Below, piece by piece: positions 27,912 to 37,711 of a stretch of 51,047 nt of DNA (positions are counted from its first letter, which is position 1; each line of letters opens with the position of its first letter). The notes beneath the pieces are model-generated. The model saw only the letters and a program-made list of their open reading frames with translations, did no database searches and was not told the DNA's origin. The stretch is from the IMG/VR virus record IMGVR_UViG_3300032516_002776, positions 1 to 51,047 of that record; one strand, given 5' to 3'. Origin of the DNA: a virus (Duplodnaviria; Heunggongvirae; Uroviricota; Caudoviricetes). A program made the position numbers and the translations under genes.

Positions 27912-28208
27912 ATGACACGATATCAAACAAATAGAAATATTAAACTATCTTTTGATGGTAATAGATTTTTTGGGACACGAACATATCCGATTATTGCTCC
28001 CCGAGATGATGATACTTTGTATATAACCAATGACACTGATTATTTAGATTCATTAGCATATAAGTTTTATAAAGATAGTAGTTTATGGTGGGTAATTGCT
28101 TTAGTAAACAATATAGGAACGGGAAGATTAAGCATAGAGCCGGGCACACAATTAAGAATCCCAATAAATGTGGAAAATGTAGTGAATGCTTTTAATGGAT
28201 TAAATTAA
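27912..28208 (+). CDS. LysM/tail-X-like baseplate wedge protein (gp53-like)
   Basis: 'DYLDSLAYKFYKDSSLWWVIALVNNI...PGTQLRIP'. Confidence 0.8.
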   Translation: MTRYQTNRNIKLSFDGNRFFGTRTYPIIAPRDDDTLYITNDTDYLDSLAYKFYKDSSLWWVIALVNNIGTGRLSIEPGTQLRIPINVENVVNAFNGLN

Positions 28209-28212
28209 TGTT

Positions 28213-30669
28213 ATGGCACAGATTTTATTACCACCTTGGGTAGCTGCACCGATACAGAAGCACATAAGAACGGAATTTGCTCGACGTTCTAACAATTATG
28301 GTATGTCATATTTAAAGACTAATGATAAGTCATATGATCCAGCATATAAAGGGCCACAAACACCATGGATACGTTGTGTATCGAATACCAAAGTAAGAAA
28401 TACAACCAATAATTATCAACGAGAAGGATTTGTTTTATATGGCGGAAAAACATTTGCAGAAAAATATGGAATAAATGGCAGAAAGCAAATTATAGGTTAT
28501 GATATGAAGGGTGAGCCGCATGAGATAGATAATAAAGATGCAGCTCAACCATTCCGGCCAATACCAGCAATTAAATCTATAGATGTTAAAATAAAAATGG
28601 ATGTATATAGATTTGCAATAATTCGTTGGGATGCTTTTTCTTTAGACCAAATGAATTATATGTCATATTATTTTTTTACACCAAAAAATACAATGTTACT
28701 GGAATGGGGTTGGAACAATTTCAACAGAGAAAGTCTGATTGATATATCTCAAATAGGAAAATTTGCAACATTTGATCCAGAAACTTCAACATATAGAACC
28801 AATGACGAATCTGAGGATGTTTTTGAAAATTTATTTTTTCTTGAAGAAGAAAATTCTTATGTAAAAACTTCTCATGAAAGACGGGGAATTTTAGATGCTT
28901 TTTCTAATCCAGGACTTTTCGAAGAAGGAACAGATCTTTCCGGTGGAAATTATGATGGAATGGTTGGCCAAATAACAAATTTTTCATATACATTTAATGA
29001 AGCAACATTGACATATGAATGCACGACCGAAATTGCTTCTAATTCTAAATACTATATGGCATTAGCAGTTAGAAATCTAACATATATTACAGATAAAAAA
29101 GATGAAACAAAAAGTAAAGAAATAAAAGGGTTTAAAGAATATTGGAGTGATACTTTTGTAAAAGATGTAATGAATGCTTATAGTAATCCAAATTATTTAA
29201 TTCAGGGGGTATCATTAGATGGCAGAGCGTTTATACCAAATAAATATTTTTCTGAAGTATTTAAACAGAAGAAAACGCAGCATTCTGATTTAACATATGT
29301 TACCATTGGATTTTTTGTTGAATTGTTGTCTAAATACATAGCAAAAACGGGGAAAATTACGCCAATAAATTTAGAAGATGTTTTTATTGGCGCACATCCA
29401 AATATGATATCAACAAGTCTTGATGTGTTGATACCAAACGCTCTCACCCCCAAATATTTACCAGAAAAATTATACAATAATCCAGATGCTTCGCCGTCAA
29501 GCACAAAAATTAAAACCCCAAAAAATGATGAGACTCCAATGGATGCGGCGAATAGATTGATGGAATCGGTGCTAAACAATGGACAACAAAGAGAAAATTT
29601 AAATGTGATGCTTAATTCTAATCGAGGGGGAGATGTATCTAATTATGCTTTTCCAATTATAAGCAACAAGAAAAATAATAAAGATGATGATGATAAACAA
29701 AGTCTTTATAAAGGCAAGTTGTCAAATATATTTATTAGCACCCAATTAATTAAACAAATATGTAATCAGCCTGATATAAAGACAATTTTAACGGCTTTGT
29801 GTAGCAGATTAAATGATGTAGGCGTGGTATGGGGATTAGAAGCGATATGTTCAGATAATAATACCATAAAAATAATAGATAATAGATTTACCGATGTAGC
29901 CTTGCTGAAAAAAGCAAAAGATTTATTGGGCGTCGATAGTGTAATTTATTATTTGGATACTACTTCTCAATTGTCGGTGGTTCGAGGATTTAAATTTGAT
30001 GTTAAATTGTCCGATGCAATCGCCAATTCAATTGTAGCAGCAAATCAAGCTAATAAATTTCCAGATAATAATCAAACATTGGATAATAGAGTAACCTGGC
30101 GTGTTCCAGACGACGTAGAAGTATCAGATTTAATAGTTCCAGAATTAGAAATGCAATCGAAGCGAGAAATAAAAAACGCAAAAACACTTGAAAGAAATCA
30201 AAAGATAGTTGCTGCCGGCGGTGCTGGAAAATTTAATGAGCAAGTTGCAAAGGCTTCAATAGCTGAAGATGAAAAAAAGGCCAAAGAAGTTGGTAATCCA
30301 GAGACAAAAGAGTTAGGAAATATAGATAAAGATTGCTTATATTGTGAAACAGAAAAAAATGGTATAAAAAGATTTACATTATCTGATAAATACAAATCAA
30401 AATATCAAGCAATGTTGAATGATGATACTGCACAATTTGTAAATGTTAATAGTATGCCTATCCCTGGAACGACAGCGGAATTTTCTGTAAATGGTATAGG
30501 TGGATTTAAAACTTTTCAAATATATGGCGTTAAAGCATTACCAAAGCCATATCAAGATAATATTATATTTAAAATAAAAGAGGTAAATCACGTCATATCA
30601 GACAATGATTGGAATACAACTATTATTTCAACTATAGTACCAGCAAGGGATTTACAAAAATTAATATGA
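28213..30669 (+). CDS. Baseplate hub-like tail protein (gp27-like)
   Basis: 'RPIPAIKSIDVK', 'TMLLEWGW', 'NYDGMVGQITNFSY', C-terminal 'F.IKEVNHVISDNDWNTTI'; position after the LysM wedge gene. Confidence 0.6.
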   Translation: MAQILLPPWVAAPIQKHIRTEFARRSNNYGMSYLKTNDKSYDPAYKGPQTPWIRCVSNTKVRNTTNNYQREGFVLYGGKTFAEKYGINGRKQIIGYDMKGEPHEIDNKDAAQPFRPIPAIKSIDVKIKMDVYRFAIIRWDAFSLDQMNYMSYYFFTPKNTMLLEWGWNNFNRESLIDISQIGKFATFDPETSTYRTNDESEDVFENLFFLEEENSYVKTSHERRGILDAFSNPGLFEEGTDLSGGNYDGMVGQITNFSYTFNEATLTYECTTEIASNSKYYMALAVRNLTYITDKKDETKSKEIKGFKEYWSDTFVKDVMNAYSNPNYLIQGVSLDGRAFIPNKYFSEVFKQKKTQHSDLTYVTIGFFVELLSKYIAKTGKITPINLEDVFIGAHPNMISTSLDVLIPNALTPKYLPEKLYNNPDASPSSTKIKTPKNDETPMDAANRLMESVLNNGQQRENLNVMLNSNRGGDVSNYAFPIISNKKNNKDDDDKQSLYKGKLSNIFISTQLIKQICNQPDIKTILTALCSRLNDVGVVWGLEAICSDNNTIKIIDNRFTDVALLKKAKDLLGVDSVIYYLDTTSQLSVVRGFKFDVKLSDAIANSIVAANQANKFPDNNQTLDNRVTWRVPDDVEVSDLIVPELEMQSKREIKNAKTLERNQKIVAAGGAGKFNEQVAKASIAEDEKKAKEVGNPETKELGNIDKDCLYCETEKNGIKRFTLSDKYKSKYQAMLNDDTAQFVNVNSMPIPGTTAEFSVNGIGGFKTFQIYGVKALPKPYQDNIIFKIKEVNHVISDNDWNTTIISTIVPARDLQKLI

Positions 30670-31049
30670 CCAATATTATTAATAAATATAGAAATTTAAA
30701 TCCTAATCCAGCATTGGATGGTATTGTTTATGCAAAAGAATATTTCCCCATTCCAACAACGGATGATTATACCAAACAAACTATAGAAAGATTTTTTGTT
30801 AAGCCTGTCAACAAAGAAAAAATAATTGAGGTTGGCCAAGAAAGATATCGAGCCTGTAGCGATTTTCTTTATATTAAAACCAGCATATATTGGAAAATTG
30901 CTGGTAGTAAAAATAGCATTATCATTAATAATAAAAAACAGGTAGTTGGTGTGGAAGAATTCAATAGCAAAGAAATAATTCGTGGGAATAAAGTCATCAA
31001 TGGTTTGAATGAAAAGCTTACAAATCCTTTGGAATTTTATAAAGCTTAA
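30666..31049 (+). CDS. Hypothetical baseplate-region protein
   Basis: Start moved to ATG 30666 overlapping the upstream stop; 'PIPTTDDYTKQTIERFFVK'. Confidence 0.55.
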   Translation: MTNIINKYRNLNPNPALDGIVYAKEYFPIPTTDDYTKQTIERFFVKPVNKEKIIEVGQERYRACSDFLYIKTSIYWKIAGSKNSIIINNKKQVVGVEEFNSKEIIRGNKVINGLNEKLTNPLEFYKA

Positions 31050-31055
31050 AAAAAG

Positions 31056-31083
31056 TTGATATATTTCTGAATTGTTGTATAGT
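31056..31083 (+). promoter_or_regulatory. Sigma70-like promoter for polymerase gene
   Basis: TTGATA-N16-TATAGT, 7 nt before the ATG at 31091. Confidence 0.55.
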
Positions 31084-31090
31084 TTAGGAA

Positions 31091-32458
31091 ATGGTTATAG
31101 TTAAGAGTGAATCTGAATACGCTGAATTTCTTTCAGATATTAATAGAAGCATATTATTTTTAGAGGCGGTTGTTTCTAAAAGTGGTATTCATAATGCTAT
31201 TAACGATGTATTATGTTTATTTATCTATAATCACACCAAGTCGAAATCATATTGTTTGAATTTATCCCACCAAGATTGTAAATGCTTATTAAAAGACAAA
31301 TATATAATCATAAAAGATATATTAAAAAAATCAAGTAAAACATTCGTACTTGATAAAAAGAAGTATATTCATCTCTTTAAAGAAAATGATTTTTATGATT
31401 TATTGATAACAGAATTTCAAACCAATAATACAAAGGAAGATGTGTCATTGGAGAATTGTGGATTTTTAAGTAGGAAATTTGGCCATGGGGATAAATTCAT
31501 ATATTTGAATCAAGTCTTGCCACTCGTCAAACAGATGGAGATATTTGAAGAGAAATATAAACAATATAAAGAAGAAATTTCCACATTTCATACAGATAAG
31601 GCATTTTCTAATATTAATGGAATTATAACGGAAACACTTGCTCAACTTGAAAGCAATGGATTGTGTGTAAATCCAAAAGAGTTTAACAAACATTTTGGAG
31701 ATAAAGGCGTGCAACCTGTGGAAGATAAAGTATATACAGAATATAATATATTTACATCAACGGGTCGGCCGAGCAATAGATTTTTTGGAATAAATTATGC
31801 TGCGTTAAATAAAGAAGATGGGTGTAGAAAGTCATTTGTTTCAAGATTTGGTAAGGATGGAATGTTATTGGTGATTGATTATAGTGCTTATCATCCGCAT
31901 ATTATTGCCAATTTGGTTAACTATAAAGATATAACTTTTGAAACGGATGTATATGATTTCCTCGGGCGGTTATATTTGAAAAAGGATAAACTGACTGAGG
32001 CCGATATTAAGAAGTCTAAGAATATAACCTTTCAGAATTTGTATGGTGGTATTCGCAAAGAATATAGAGCCATTCCATTTTTCAAAGAGATAGAGCAATA
32101 TATTGAGCATCGCTGGAAATTCTTTAAAGAGAATGGTTATGTTGAAACGCCGGTGTGGAAACGAAAAATAACTGATAAGCACATTGTAGATGCTAATCCG
32201 AATAAACTCTTTAATTATATATTACAAGCATCAGAAACAGAGTTTTCTTTGCAGAATATAAATAGAGTAAATGAATATTTGAAGAATAAAAAGACCTGTG
32301 TTATTTTATATACATATGATGCTATCTTGTTGGATGCTTGTAAGGATGATAAACGGCAAACTCTTAAAGATGTTAAGCAAATGATGATTGACAATCAATT
32401 CCCCGTTAAATGCTACTCTGGCAACAATTACCACGAAATGTCGTTAATTAGTTTGTAA
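31091..32458 (+). CDS. Compact, divergent family A DNA polymerase
   Basis: 'TSTGRPS', motif A 'IDYSAYHP', motif B 'KNITFQNLYGG', motif C 'YTYDAILLD'; no 5'-exonuclease domain. Confidence 0.8.
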   Translation: MVIVKSESEYAEFLSDINRSILFLEAVVSKSGIHNAINDVLCLFIYNHTKSKSYCLNLSHQDCKCLLKDKYIIIKDILKKSSKTFVLDKKKYIHLFKENDFYDLLITEFQTNNTKEDVSLENCGFLSRKFGHGDKFIYLNQVLPLVKQMEIFEEKYKQYKEEISTFHTDKAFSNINGIITETLAQLESNGLCVNPKEFNKHFGDKGVQPVEDKVYTEYNIFTSTGRPSNRFFGINYAALNKEDGCRKSFVSRFGKDGMLLVIDYSAYHPHIIANLVNYKDITFETDVYDFLGRLYLKKDKLTEADIKKSKNITFQNLYGGIRKEYRAIPFFKEIEQYIEHRWKFFKENGYVETPVWKRKITDKHIVDANPNKLFNYILQASETEFSLQNINRVNEYLKNKKTCVILYTYDAILLDACKDDKRQTLKDVKQMMIDNQFPVKCYSGNNYHEMSLISL

Positions 32459-32494
32459 TTTCGGGCAGTATTCTTATATTTATTGCTATAAGCA

Positions 32495-33946
32495 ATGATT
32501 ACCTTTGATAAGATGTTGACGGAGTATTTTTATACTCGTGACGATAATGGTGCGTTTTTTGATATTTGTAATCAAAAAGACTGCCAGGAACTAACCCAAT
32601 TTATAGCGGAAAACAAGACCGGTTTACTTAATGAATTTAGTATTGTTAGTTTATTAAAAGCCGGTGTTATTTTTGTAAAAAACAAATTCAAAACTTTAAC
32701 AGAAAGAATTGCAGATGTTATTGGAAGCAAAGATGTAAATACCGTTTTTGAAGTAACCATCCCCTATGTTGATGTTCCAGAATATAGAGCATTGGATAAT
32801 GTTTTTGATGTAGAACAAGAGCCAGCCGAAAAGCCAGCCGAATTAACTGAGGGTGCCATTGAATCCATAAAAGGAAATTACAATGAAGTTTTGACTTGTA
32901 GATATGTCATTAAGAAAAACAAAACCCCCATAAAATTATATATTGTTGGATTATTAGAAGAAGCTAAATCTAATGACGGAAACATTGTTGTTGTAGATTT
33001 AGATTCCGATGGTAAAAATAAAGCTGGAGAAATAAATGCTTTAGTAAACCGCTGGGACCAAAAATTAAAGATAGCAGCAAAAGATAAATATACAGAAATA
33101 GTAAGTGTAATTGATATGGCCAGTCACGATATGGCTGATTATATAATTAAGAACGTGGGTACATCCGGCGGAGTAATCTTAGCAATTTGGTTAGTAAATA
33201 CAGAATATATGAAGGGTGCAAGTTATAAAGCTGATATAAAATTAAAAATCAAGAAAGGCGGCGGAGAATTTTTAAAGAATTTTTCGTTGAAAATGTATAG
33301 TAATACAAGTGTAAATCTTATAAATTCTACTCTTATAAGTTCCGTAAAAAACTGGTGTGGAGAACAGGCATCGGCGGAAATGAAAAGAAAGGTAGAAAGC
33401 GATGACAAAATACAGCGTTTGATAAAATTAGAGCGACTTATTCATGGAGCTGTTAAACGCTCAAAAGCCGAAGAAAAGCCAAAAGATTATAGAGATTTTG
33501 TTAATGCAATGTATAAAGTATATGTTAAAGAGGGCTTTCAGATTTCCATTCCAAAGTCACAATTGTATACAACAGATGGATTGAGAATAATTAGAGGTAA
33601 TGTTCGAGAAAAAATTAACCCAATGTTGGCAACATATCTTTACGAATTTCTAAGACGATACATTTCCAAACCAGAGGGTAAGGATTATTTCATAAAGAAT
33701 TTTTTAATGTCAATCGGATTTTCAGATAAAGACACAGATTTCATATTAGCCGTTGTTGGTTCTAAACAGGTGAAAGATAAGAAATCAATGATAATTGATA
33801 AACATCCAGAGTTGAACTTTGATAATATGAAATTAGAACATACTCCTGGGACAGTTGGTATACGAATTGTAAATGATGGTAAAAAGATAGCAACATTGGG
33901 GTTCAAAGAGGGTAAATTTGTGACAGGATTAGTTAAATTTGACTAA
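32495..33946 (+). CDS. Hypothetical protein with PD-(D/E)xK-like nuclease motif and LNE/LTE sites
   Basis: 'YKADIKLKI...FSLKMY' resembles the restriction-endonuclease fold; TATTTATT at 32477-32484. Confidence 0.5.
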   Translation: MITFDKMLTEYFYTRDDNGAFFDICNQKDCQELTQFIAENKTGLLNEFSIVSLLKAGVIFVKNKFKTLTERIADVIGSKDVNTVFEVTIPYVDVPEYRALDNVFDVEQEPAEKPAELTEGAIESIKGNYNEVLTCRYVIKKNKTPIKLYIVGLLEEAKSNDGNIVVVDLDSDGKNKAGEINALVNRWDQKLKIAAKDKYTEIVSVIDMASHDMADYIIKNVGTSGGVILAIWLVNTEYMKGASYKADIKLKIKKGGGEFLKNFSLKMYSNTSVNLINSTLISSVKNWCGEQASAEMKRKVESDDKIQRLIKLERLIHGAVKRSKAEEKPKDYRDFVNAMYKVYVKEGFQISIPKSQLYTTDGLRIIRGNVREKINPMLATYLYEFLRRYISKPEGKDYFIKNFLMSIGFSDKDTDFILAVVGSKQVKDKKSMIIDKHPELNFDNMKLEHTPGTVGIRIVNDGKKIATLGFKEGKFVTGLVKFD

Positions 33947-33979
33947 TCTGAATTATATATATATAAGAATGGTTTAAAT

Positions 33980-34339
33980 ATGACAAAGAATGAGCTAAAA
34001 CAACTGATATTGGAAGTAATTGATGAAGCCGCAGGCAGTAGACTTTACAAGTATATATTTATAACCGATGCATATGGCAATGTTAAAGAAAAATTTAATA
34101 ATCTGACCATTGAAAAAATGGAAATGTTATTACCTTCTGCCTATATTTGTCTCACACAATATGCTACAGATATTTCTGGTGGTTTACGCATTTGGACAAT
34201 TGAAAATAGAAAAACCGGCCATGAACTTAGCAATGCTTTATTGATGTGTACTAAAGACGATGCTGTAGCAAAACAAATTGAGATGGGCGAAGTAAATCCC
34301 GCCGACCGAGATAAAAACTTTGAGATGGTTGCCATTTAA
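33980..34339 (+). CDS. Hypothetical protein with KxxLKQLIxEVIDE motif
   Basis: MTKNELKQLILEVIDE. Confidence 0.6.
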   Translation: MTKNELKQLILEVIDEAAGSRLYKYIFITDAYGNVKEKFNNLTIEKMEMLLPSAYICLTQYATDISGGLRIWTIENRKTGHELSNALLMCTKDDAVAKQIEMGEVNPADRDKNFEMVAI

Positions 34340-34355
34340 CTTATAGAAAAAGAAT

Positions 34356-34991
34356 ATGAGAACAATAGTTGAAAAATTTATAAATGAAATCTGTTTGGAT
34401 GAAAGATTGGAAGAGGGAATGTTTTTTATTGATGACAATAACCATATGGATATTCTTCAAGAGCACCTTCAAAATCGAGGCCTTTCAGAAGAAGAAGCAA
34501 TAGAAATGAGAAATAAAGTGGTTGAGGGGCGCTTTCCTGAACGGCAGGCGTATAATAAGATGGGTCTGTTAGTAACCTTTCCAACTCCAGAATACAAAAA
34601 GAGAGCCTTAGATAGAGGTACACATTTTGAGCAAGACCCGACTAAGCAAGCACCGAATGTTAAGTTTGATGCTACGGGTGCGCCAGTTACTCCACCAGCC
34701 GCTCCGGCTGCTCCAACTGCACCGGCTCCAGCTGCACCAACCGCTCCAGCTGCTCCAGCAGAAGCTCCACCAACGCCTAGTCCAGCACCTGCTCCGCCAC
34801 CCGCTCCAACAGCTGCTCCAACACCTGCACCCGCTCCAGTTCCAACGCCTGCTCCTGTTGCGACAGAACCACCAATAGCTGCTCCGTCTCCAGAACCACC
34901 AACAGTTTCACCAACTCCTGCTGAAGCGCCAAAGGAACCCGGTCAGAAAAAGGCCGAATCAGAATATGTAGAAAAAATTCTAAAATCATAA
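34356..34991 (+). CDS. Hypothetical protein with Pro/Ala/Thr-rich low-complexity tract
   Basis: About 85-aa PAAPAAPTAPAP... tract; N-terminal INE/LDE/LEE sites. Confidence 0.6.
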   Translation: MRTIVEKFINEICLDERLEEGMFFIDDNNHMDILQEHLQNRGLSEEEAIEMRNKVVEGRFPERQAYNKMGLLVTFPTPEYKKRALDRGTHFEQDPTKQAPNVKFDATGAPVTPPAAPAAPTAPAPAAPTAPAAPAEAPPTPSPAPAPPPAPTAAPTPAPAPVPTPAPVATEPPIAAPSPEPPTVSPTPAEAPKEPGQKKAESEYVEKILKS

Positions 34992-35027
34992 ACAAGATTT
35001 ATGCGTTATAGATAGAATGATATTAAA

Positions 35028-35420
35028 ATGAAATCGAACCAGCTTTTGTGTACATTTACAACACCAAATGATTATAAACTTATAATATCATCATTAAAAC
35101 GATTTTATTTTATTCCTGACAAAATATTCTTTATTTTTGAAAATGCGAATGCTCCCAATGAAATAATATTGACTTATAATGTAAGCGTGCGAGATACAAA
35201 TAACAAGTTTCCTTTTACAATTTCAATTCATAGAAAAAAAGACACAAATACACTTTATACATTGAATGCTATGAATTGTATAATAAAGGAAGAAAATAAT
35301 GGTGTTTTAGATAAAACTTTTGAGGTGGACTGGCCATTATATAAAAATTCTTTAATTATCACGACGGAAACAGGTTATAAAATTATAAATTTAAATCTTA
35401 TAGACACCGAAAGATTCTAA
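35028..35420 (+). CDS. Conserved-looking phage hypothetical protein
   Basis: 'QLLCTF', 'ISIHRKKDTNTLYTLNAMN', 'VDWPLYKNSLI' form a globular beta-rich domain; function unknown. Confidence 0.55.
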   Translation: MKSNQLLCTFTTPNDYKLIISSLKRFYFIPDKIFFIFENANAPNEIILTYNVSVRDTNNKFPFTISIHRKKDTNTLYTLNAMNCIIKEENNGVLDKTFEVDWPLYKNSLIITTETGYKIINLNLIDTERF

Positions 35421-35442
35421 TATATATATGAGGAATATTATT

Positions 35443-36084
35443 ATGACAAAAATTAAATTAAAACAATTAATTGAAGAATCCGCCATAGAACAACAAAGTG
35501 ATGTTATAAATTTAAAGGAAAATTCCTTAAACGGCGATTATATACGCAAATTAATGAAACTGAATCCTAAATGGAATCCTGAAGATGCTATAAAAGATTT
35601 TGGAGATCAATTTGATAGTGATGATGAACAAGACGAAAAAGAACATAGAGAATATATGGCTAATGCAGAAGAATGGATTAAAAATTTAATTGAATTTAAA
35701 CCTGGTGTTAAAATTGGCGATTGGGTTAAAGTTCATCCAAGACAAATGCAAGGTAATGTGAAATGGACCATTGGAAGAATTGAAGCAGAATCCCAAATGC
35801 AAGGCCATGATTATGGAGAGAGTGGGTATAAAGGACCATCAATAATACCTGCTTGGGATATACGCGTCTTCATGGAAGATGTACATGATTTTTATAATGA
35901 TAAAGAGCCAAATATTTATGTATTTGCGGGAGGAAAGATTTATTATAATTCAGGAATTATCTCTTACGCCCAACACGATGAAATTCAATCAAATTCCGGC
36001 GTGGAAACATATAAAACTTATAAAAAAGAAAATACTTTCACAAGGTTATCAGCGCAGAATTTTAAGATGCAAGATATAAAATAA
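35443..36084 (+). CDS. Hypothetical protein with KLKQLIEE motif and KOW/SH3-like module
   Basis: Start MTKIKLKQLIEE (35443; alternative 35428); 'LKE' site; 'VKIGDWVKV'. Confidence 0.55.
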   Translation: MTKIKLKQLIEESAIEQQSDVINLKENSLNGDYIRKLMKLNPKWNPEDAIKDFGDQFDSDDEQDEKEHREYMANAEEWIKNLIEFKPGVKIGDWVKVHPRQMQGNVKWTIGRIEAESQMQGHDYGESGYKGPSIIPAWDIRVFMEDVHDFYNDKEPNIYVFAGGKIYYNSGIISYAQHDEIQSNSGVETYKTYKKENTFTRLSAQNFKMQDIK

Positions 36085-36119
36085 TTAAAATTTAGTTATA
36101 ATAAATGATTTAAAATAAA

Positions 36120-36148
36120 TTGAAAAAAATGTAGGTTTTCAGTATACT
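36120..36148 (+). promoter_or_regulatory. Sigma70-like promoter
   Basis: TTGAAA-N17-TATACT upstream of the lipoprotein gene. Confidence 0.65.
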
Positions 36149-36188
36149 TCAATAGTTATTAAGGGTATACCCCCAAAGGAAATAAATT

Positions 36189-36671
36189 ATGAAATCAATA
36201 ATAGTAGTAGTATTGTCAGTATTAGCCGCATCTGCAATGTTATTTACAAGTGCTTGTTCGACCACAAACACAGTTGCGCAAAATGCATGCATTGCATCAA
36301 GAATAGTAACTCCATTTGCAATTGATGCAGGATTGCAATATGCAGTGAGTGATCCAGCAAATCGTCTTGTGATTGAACACCAGATATTTGTTGTCGCAGA
36401 TAGTATTGTAACATTGTCAACAAATGGAACAGTATCAGTTGATGCTGTTACTGCTGCATTCAATGTTGTAACAAATCCAACGCTTAAGTTGATATTGAAT
36501 CCAATATTAGGCTTGTATGAAACTTATTATGCCCAATTGCAGGGAAACAATACAGTTAGTCAGGCTACGCAAATTCTGGGATGTATTGCTGCTGATGCAA
36601 AGGCTGCAACAACACCAGCTGCTGTAGAAAAATCACAAGAGAAGGGACTTGCTTTGTATCGAAAGAATTGA
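36189..36671 (+). CDS. Lipoprotein
   Basis: MKSIIVVVLSVLAASAMLFTSAC lipobox; SD AAAGGA; own promoter and terminator. Confidence 0.7.
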   Translation: MKSIIVVVLSVLAASAMLFTSACSTTNTVAQNACIASRIVTPFAIDAGLQYAVSDPANRLVIEHQIFVVADSIVTLSTNGTVSVDAVTAAFNVVTNPTLKLILNPILGLYETYYAQLQGNNTVSQATQILGCIAADAKAATTPAAVEKSQEKGLALYRKN

Positions 36672-36693
36672 TACTAAATAGCATACAATTAAG

Positions 36694-36724
36694 AAACCAC
36701 GAATATAAAAATTCGTGGTTTTTT
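36694..36724 (+). terminator. Intrinsic terminator
   Basis: aaaccacgaat-ataaaa-attcgtggttt plus T run. Confidence 0.85.
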
Positions 36725-36749
36725 ATTGAAAAAATTTCATTATAATATG

Positions 36750-36777
36750 TTGAAAGATTTATTTTTTCGCGTATAGT
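36750..36777 (+). promoter_or_regulatory. Sigma70-like promoter for ssb-recA operon
   Basis: TTGAAA-N16-TATAGT. Confidence 0.5.
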
Positions 36778-36862
36778 TTGATATGTATAAGAGGACAGAA
36801 TAAAAAACTATAACTGTTTAAATTAGACTGTCCAATTTAACTAATTAAGGAATTAACTAATT

Positions 36863-37711
36863 ATGGCATTAGACCTAACAAAGATACAAAGTCGCTTGAA
36901 AGACCTTTCGAGCAAAAACTCTGAACGCAGTAAGTTGATATGGAAACCAGTTCCCGGAAAGCAAACCGTCCGAATTGTTCCCTACAGCAAGAATCCGGAA
37001 AACCCATTCATTGAGTTGAAGTTTCATTATAATATGAATAATAAAACATATCTCTCACCGGATACTTTTAATCGACCAGATCCAATTGTGGAATTCTCCA
37101 CCAAATTGAAGCTATCTGGCGATAAAGAAGAATGGAAGATTGGCAAGAAACTTGAGCCAAAACTCCGCACATTTGCACCTGTTATTGTTCGTGGACAAGA
37201 AGATGAAGGTGTAAAGTTTTGGGGCTTCGGAAAGCAAGTTTATGAAGCAATCTTATCTGTTATTGCTGACCCGGATTATGGTGATATTACTGACTTGGCC
37301 AGTGGCCGAGATATTGTTGTGGAATTCAAGACCGCCGAAGAAGCGGGCAAGAGTTTCCCAGAAACAACTATCATAGTAAAGCCAAATAAGACTCCCGCTG
37401 TTGACCCAACCAAGAAAGAATTAATTGAGAAGATTAAGAATCAATCTGATATTCTCGATTTGTTCCCAGAGTTGAGTTACGACGAGTTGAAGAATGTAAT
37501 GGATGCATGGTTACATCCAGAAGAATCCGACGATGATAAGACAAGCGCTACAGTAGGTACGTCTGAGACAGATACTCCGGCAACCAGTATTAGCGTTGCA
37601 GCAGCAGCTGCAGCCGCAAAGGTAGCATCTCCAAGCAATACCATTTCAAAGGAAAATGCTGAAGATATTACCAAAGCGTTTGACAATCTGTTCGGAACAG
37701 AAAAGAAATAA
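36863..37711 (+). CDS. Single-stranded DNA-binding protein (T4 gp32-like)
   Basis: 'WKPVPGKQTVRIVPY', 'PFIELKFHY', 'GVKFWGFGKQVYE', 'YGDITD..SGRD', acidic C-terminal tail; SD AAGGA. Confidence 0.88.
   Translation: MALDLTKIQSRLKDLSSKNSERSKLIWKPVPGKQTVRIVPYSKNPENPFIELKFHYNMNNKTYLSPDTFNRPDPIVEFSTKLKLSGDKEEWKIGKKLEPKLRTFAPVIVRGQEDEGVKFWGFGKQVYEAILSVIADPDYGDITDLASGRDIVVEFKTAEEAGKSFPETTIIVKPNKTPAVDPTKKELIEKIKNQSDILDLFPELSYDELKNVMDAWLHPEESDDDKTSATVGTSETDTPATSISVAAAAAAAKVASPSNTISKENAEDITKAFDNLFGTEKK

Noticed and set aside
34627-34995. Leu/Gln-rich alternate-frame ORFs over the Pro/Ala tract
   Set aside because: Artefacts of the low-complexity gctcca repeats in the main frame.
36750-36780. Bacteroidota-type TAnnTTTG promoter, which would indicate the host
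   Set aside because: The sequence does not match that consensus, and SD-led genes and TTGA/TATAAT boxes are present; the host cannot be assigned from this window.
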